DNA of 61,157 nt, filler included, from Basidiobolus meristosporus CBS 931.73 (Eukaryota; Fungi; Basidiobolomycota), in the NCBI GenBank assembly GCA_002104905.1. It is 3 parts of 3 records of this genome, joined end to end, with 100 filler letters (N's around TTAATTAATTAA, not from the genome) between each part and the next. Parts side by side here need not be neighbours in the genome. Positions count along the whole stretch, not along the records: positions 44,552 to 61,157 come from MCFE01001115.1; 2 more parts are not named here. One strand, given 5' to 3'. How positions within the stretch are numbered: position 1 is the first letter of the stretch; each line of letters begins with the position of its first letter. The notes under the pieces are model-generated. The model made no database searches and was not told the DNA's origin. It worked only from the letters and a program-made list of their open reading frames with translations. This document shows, in pieces, positions 56,644-61,157 of this stretch. Made by a program: the position numbers and the translations under genes.

Positions 56644-57690
56644 ATGTCCACCAAGAACACCCAAATCATCTTCAACAAAGTCCCCGAGGGTATGCCTGTC
56701 GCTGGGGAGCACATGAAGACAATCACAAAGGACTTCGACCCGAGCTCTGTTACCCTCAACGACAACGATGTGCTTCTCCGTAACCTGTACATCTCAGTTG
56801 ACCCTTATATGCGCGGCAGAATGCGCCCTGCCAATGTCAAATCCTATGCCCCAGCCTTCGCACTAGGAGAGGTGATGACGGCTGGAGGAGTCAGTGAGGT
56901 GATCAAGTCCAAGAACCCCGAATACAAAGAGGGTGACATTGTCACCGGTATGGTCGGATGGGAGAACTACAGTGTCGTCCCTGAAGGCAAGGATCTCCGC
57001 AAGATCGACAATGCTCGTCAGTCTCCCATCCCACTATCATACCATCTTGGCGTCTTAGGCATGCCGGGCATGACCGCTTACGCTGGCTTGTTCAAGATCG
57101 GTGAACCCAAGAAAGGAGAGACCATCTTCATTTCTGCTGCATCTGGTGCTGTGGGCCAGGTTGTTGGCCAGATCGCCAAGGTGAAGGGACTCAGAGTGGT
57201 GGGCACTGCTGGCGATGACTCGAAGGTGGAGTACCTGCTGAAGGAGCTGAAGTTCGATGCGGCATTCAACTACAAGAAGGTTGATCTGGATCAGGCGCTG
57301 TCAGAGGCATGTCCCAACGGGATCGACGTGTACTTTGAGAATGTTGGTGGGAAGATGCTGGATGTGGTGCTGAAGCACTGCAACGATTTCGCCCGCATTC
57401 CGGTGTGTGGGATGATCTCCCAGTACAACCGATTCCTAAACCCCGAGCCCATCTACAACATTGCCATGATCCTGACCAAGAGAATCCGGTTCCAAGGATT
57501 CATTGTCCGCGAGATCGCCGCGGACTATGCGGCCCAGTTCGCTCAGGACGTCCCAGCATGGATCAAAGAAGGGAAGCTGATCTACAAAGACGACCAAATG
57601 GATGGGATCGAGAATGCCCCCGAGGCCTTCCTCCGGATCCTTCGTGGAGAGAACTTTGGCAAGCAGGTTGTCAAGCTAGCGGATTTGTAA
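56644..57690 (+). CDS. NADP-dependent MDR oxidoreductase, copy 3, 348 aa (protein identical to copy 2)
   Basis: Offset 2083 from copy 2; only about six synonymous differences seen. Confidence 0.93.
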   Translation: MSTKNTQIIFNKVPEGMPVAGEHMKTITKDFDPSSVTLNDNDVLLRNLYISVDPYMRGRMRPANVKSYAPAFALGEVMTAGGVSEVIKSKNPEYKEGDIVTGMVGWENYSVVPEGKDLRKIDNARQSPIPLSYHLGVLGMPGMTAYAGLFKIGEPKKGETIFISAASGAVGQVVGQIAKVKGLRVVGTAGDDSKVEYLLKELKFDAAFNYKKVDLDQALSEACPNGIDVYFENVGGKMLDVVLKHCNDFARIPVCGMISQYNRFLNPEPIYNIAMILTKRIRFQGFIVREIAADYAAQFAQDVPAWIKEGKLIYKDDQMDGIENAPEAFLRILRGENFGKQVVKLADL

Positions 57691-57999
57691 TTCGATCAGC
57701 CTCGTGGGGGGGAGGGTTCACTAGTTCAGATAGAACACAATAAAGTTAGCATGTGGAGGTTTCACCACCCAAAATTAAGGTTTGCATCGGTGTGACATCC
57801 ACGCCCAAATTAGTAAGTTTCCAAGGAACCTCTGACAGAGACAGAAAACAGGATTGCAGTCTGGCTTCATCTATCTTAATTCATGATGTGAGCGAGCGAC
57901 TAGTGAAAATCCAGGTTGCTGACAGATTGTGTATAGGAATTAGAGGTTAACCGAATGAATTAAAGGAGGCAGCAACGAAGTGTTACATGCTAAAGCGCT

Positions 58000-58490
58000 A
58001 TGCCCACAAATAATATCCAAATCGTCTTTAAGAAGGTCCCCCAAGGTACACCGGCCATTGGAGAGCACATGGAGACCGTCGCAAAGGACTCTAATGCCGA
58101 CTCCGTTTTCCTTAGTGACAACGATGTGAAGAGCAACCCCGTTCCTGATCCAGAAAAACGATCCATCGGATGCGTTCATTATATGGTACACGCGCGAGCC
58201 CGCTCCCAAATCATAGGTGACATCCAAACTTAGCTTGATGTGACCTCATGTTGGACGATAAATACTGACACCCAACATTCCGATTTCCAATCTTAGGCAC
58301 ACTTGATAACCATGGAATCCAACACCGACCTTTGCACCACCAACATCCTTGGGTGATTGGAATGGGAATTGACGACAACGAAGTTCCAGCCTGGATTACG
58401 GAGGGGAATCGATGTCAACTCCGTTCCCCTCCACAACAATGATGTCCTGCTTCGTAATTTGTATCTGTCGTTTGACCCTTACATGCGCGA
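58000..58490 (+). pseudogene. Two truncated 5' fragments of the same oxidoreductase family (~58000-58130 and ~58405-58490)
   Basis: MPTNNIQIVFKKVPQGTPAIGEHMETVAKD..SVFLSDNDV and DVNSVPLHNNDVLLRNLYLSFDPYMR, each followed by unrelated sequence. Confidence 0.8.
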
Positions 58491-59099
58491 TCTCAGCATC
58501 AAATGTACCACCCGGGGTCTACTCTGGGAAAGATGATGACAGCCGGAGGAGTTCGGGCACCGCTTTGGTAAACAGATTGTGTCCAAGTGCCAACCCACAC
58601 AATAAAAATGTACTCCTGGAGACCCGCTCCGGCGGAAATATTCCCACCAATGGAAGGGGGTTGAAAATTGATTACCCATAGACAAATTCGCCCTCATGAC
58701 TGCCAAATCTATCACTGTGAGCCAATCAGCGAGATGGTCTGTGTCCCCAGAATTGGGCAGGTTGATGTGCTAACCCGCTATACTCGACGAGGAAGATTCA
58801 AGTTACCAATAGCGTCAATCTTCAAATAAACGCAATGTCGCGCGATTTCCCTTGAATGAACTTTAAATTATATGGACTTCATTTAATTACAACTACAACT
58901 TCGTGGAGATCTGAATACACACGGGTAGTAACAGGTGTTGAGATATATTACAGATTGGGTGTTGACCAAGAAAATGTTGAAAGTGAGTCTGGAATCCCCG
59001 AATCATGGTCGAGCGTAGGCGTTGGCTGAGGTTTGGAATGAATTAAACAAGTAATTTACAACGGAGAGATCCTGGACTCGACCCAGGGCCACTGGCATC

Positions 59100-60557
59100 T
59101 TACTGCTCCCGGAACAAAGCTTTGCCTACTTCGTAGCTTGATATCATGATCGCGCAAGAGGGCGCAACTTTGGCCACACGGGGCACCAACCCGGTAAATA
59201 GGCCCCTGCACCCATCTTTCTTGAATATGTTCCTCATGACTTCGTATACCTTGGGCTTTGCTTTGGAGGTTACATCGTTGGATGTGTCCACTTGGATATG
59301 GGTCTTGGCAACGTCGAATGGAGTGGTTAATGTGGCGGCGATCGAGCCAGAAACCGCACCTGCTATGAATGCGAATTGGAACTCATCCGAAGGGGTTAAG
59401 CGGTCCCCGGTATGGTTTAGTTTGAGTTGATGCTTGATGGTTTCGTAGCCCATCCAATATAATCCTAACCAGAAATGTCAGGAATGTGCTTCTCGTCAAG
59501 AATCACCTAGCGTAAGGCCTACCTGAGAATGGAACATCTCTCCATAAAGTTGGACTAAGGCCCTTCCACAACGATAATACGCCTGCTCGCTTCACCATAT
59601 TTGAGACGCCACTCATTACCTCTGCAAGGAAAACGTCACATCAGCGATGGAACAAATCAGAGTAGTATCCAGGATTACGTACCGGTAAGGCTAGTTCCTG
59701 ACGCCGCTGACTGAACTCTAGTTCTGATCAATTCGATGGGAGATATACAAGTGACGGCGCATGCTAAAATTAAGGTCAGTAAGTGCTTGTTAAACAGTAT
59801 AGAGCTTGGCCTCGAGACATACTTCTTGCGATGGATCCCACGATGAACGGGCTATATTTTTCAACCACTGGATCACGGATATTTAGCTTGATAAAATCTC
59901 TCATGTAATCGTAACCAACGTAATATATAGCGGTGGCGGGGAGCTGCATAAGTCTAGGCCACTTGGTTAAGGTCTATGGTAGGAATGAGATTTCATGGGT
60001 GAAGCTTACAATGTGGGTGACAGTCCTTTCCATAATTTGGTGACACCTTCGTGGCGAGCAATCTTTACGACTCCATCCTAGACAACGGGGGATGTGTTAA
60101 ATCATGGTGATAGGTCAATTCAAGGCAATCTCACTTACCCAAGTCCCCTTGAGCTGTCGACTATGATCTTCAATGGCAAAGTCACTTGCGCATATGCGTA
60201 GCACAGGTGCGCTACCAAGAGAATGCCCTGACCAACGGCTAGCGGCAATTCCTCGGTGTGGTACTAAAGGGTATGTGTCTATACAAGCAACAGATAAAGG
60301 CGAGCCATAGCAGTAAACACTTTGGGTGGGGCCTTGTTGAACGTCTGTGACTGAAGACGGGTTTTAACTACATCAAGAGGCGTGACTGTGATACGTAAAC
60401 AAGTAAGTAAGTTGTTTTGCACAGGTCAAGGAAGGGAGTGGTGTGTCATACCAAGTATGGAGGTGAGTAAAGCTCCACCACAAGCAGAGGCCATTTTGTA
60501 AACGGGATCGATGGCAGCGGTGCTCTCAATAGAAGTGGAATTCACCTGAGAAGCCAT
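59100..60557 (-). CDS. Mitochondrial carrier, SLC25A39/40 (MTM1-like), multi-exon
   Basis: Motifs TPLDVVKTRLQ, LWKGLSPTL, SPIELIRTRVQ, RDVPFS and TPFDVAKTHIQ; several short GT-AG introns. Exon structure between ~60340 and 60140 is uncertain. Confidence 0.85.
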
Positions 60558-61157
60558 TCTATCCAAACGTACGAGCTATGTGGAGAAAAAAAGAGCGATA
60601 CGAAAAGATAAGGGGTAACCGAAGCGCTGTATACCAAGCGACTGAACAGACTGCTTGAACGTCGAAATCGATATCCAGGCCGCATGTCGAGAACCAATAT
60701 TAAATAGGGAAGTGGAAAAAATTTTATACAGAATAAGATGGGTTGAGGTCTAAATGGATCGATGGATCAAGGGTGATGAAATTCTGGGCATTCTGACTAG
60801 TGGGTAGCTTTCTAATTATCTATAATGATTCACGATCGCTGTTTGTTACCATTGTTACTCTATGTGTTTAGTCAGACAGAATGAGCTGGCTTGGTTACTT
60901 CGAAGGTGTATATAGTGGTCAAATTCAACACCTGAGTCACCAATCGAATTGGCCAATGTTTTAGGTTGTGGTCTCTTGGGCATGTGCCATGTGGTGGTAG
61001 TAAGTTGGCCACCTCTGGTCTACCGGTAATTCAGCTAAGGCTAAGGTAAGGTTTCTAAATCGAGAGGCCCTGGAGATCGAATGACACCCTGGAGATTTAC
61101 CAAATCAAGCCACCAACCTGCCCAGAACCTAATTACGCCGACCAATGTGTTAAATTT

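Noticed and set aside
52945-57690. Bacterial horizontal origin of the intronless reductases
   Set aside because: The family is widespread in fungi and the neighbouring kinase is also intronless; this cannot be supported without a phylogeny.

Overview
Eukaryotic, fungal nuclear DNA, most likely from an early-diverging fungus. The evidence is short GT-AG introns with CTAAC branch sites and fungal-type genes; a Basidiobolus/Zoopagomycota-like source is only an inference. The window alternates between two CpG-depleted nested transposon blocks (about 1-22.2 kb and 33.4-49.8 kb) and two CpG-retaining gene islands (22.2-33.4 kb and 49.8-61.2 kb). The repeat blocks contain one Ty1/copia family with ~349-bp LTRs and a half-tRNA(iMet) primer site (two copies nearly intact), four pieces of a CACTA/Tnp2-like DNA transposon, a 1.24-kb solo LTR, two MITE families, a DDE_Tnp_4 remnant and a nad4 NUMT. 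The gene islands encode a LAG1-type ceramide synthase, a secreted subtilisin, SmF (missed by the ORF track), a HAL/NPR-family kinase, a tandem array of NADP-dependent alkenal/prostaglandin-type reductases and an SLC25A39/40-like mitochondrial carrier. They also encode a >800-aa secreted Gly/Asn/Tyr repeat protein resembling resilin or flagelliform silk, which is the most novel-looking item. Two 100-nt assembly gaps carry an artificial TTAATTAATTAA stuffer. All alignments were done by eye; no searches were run.
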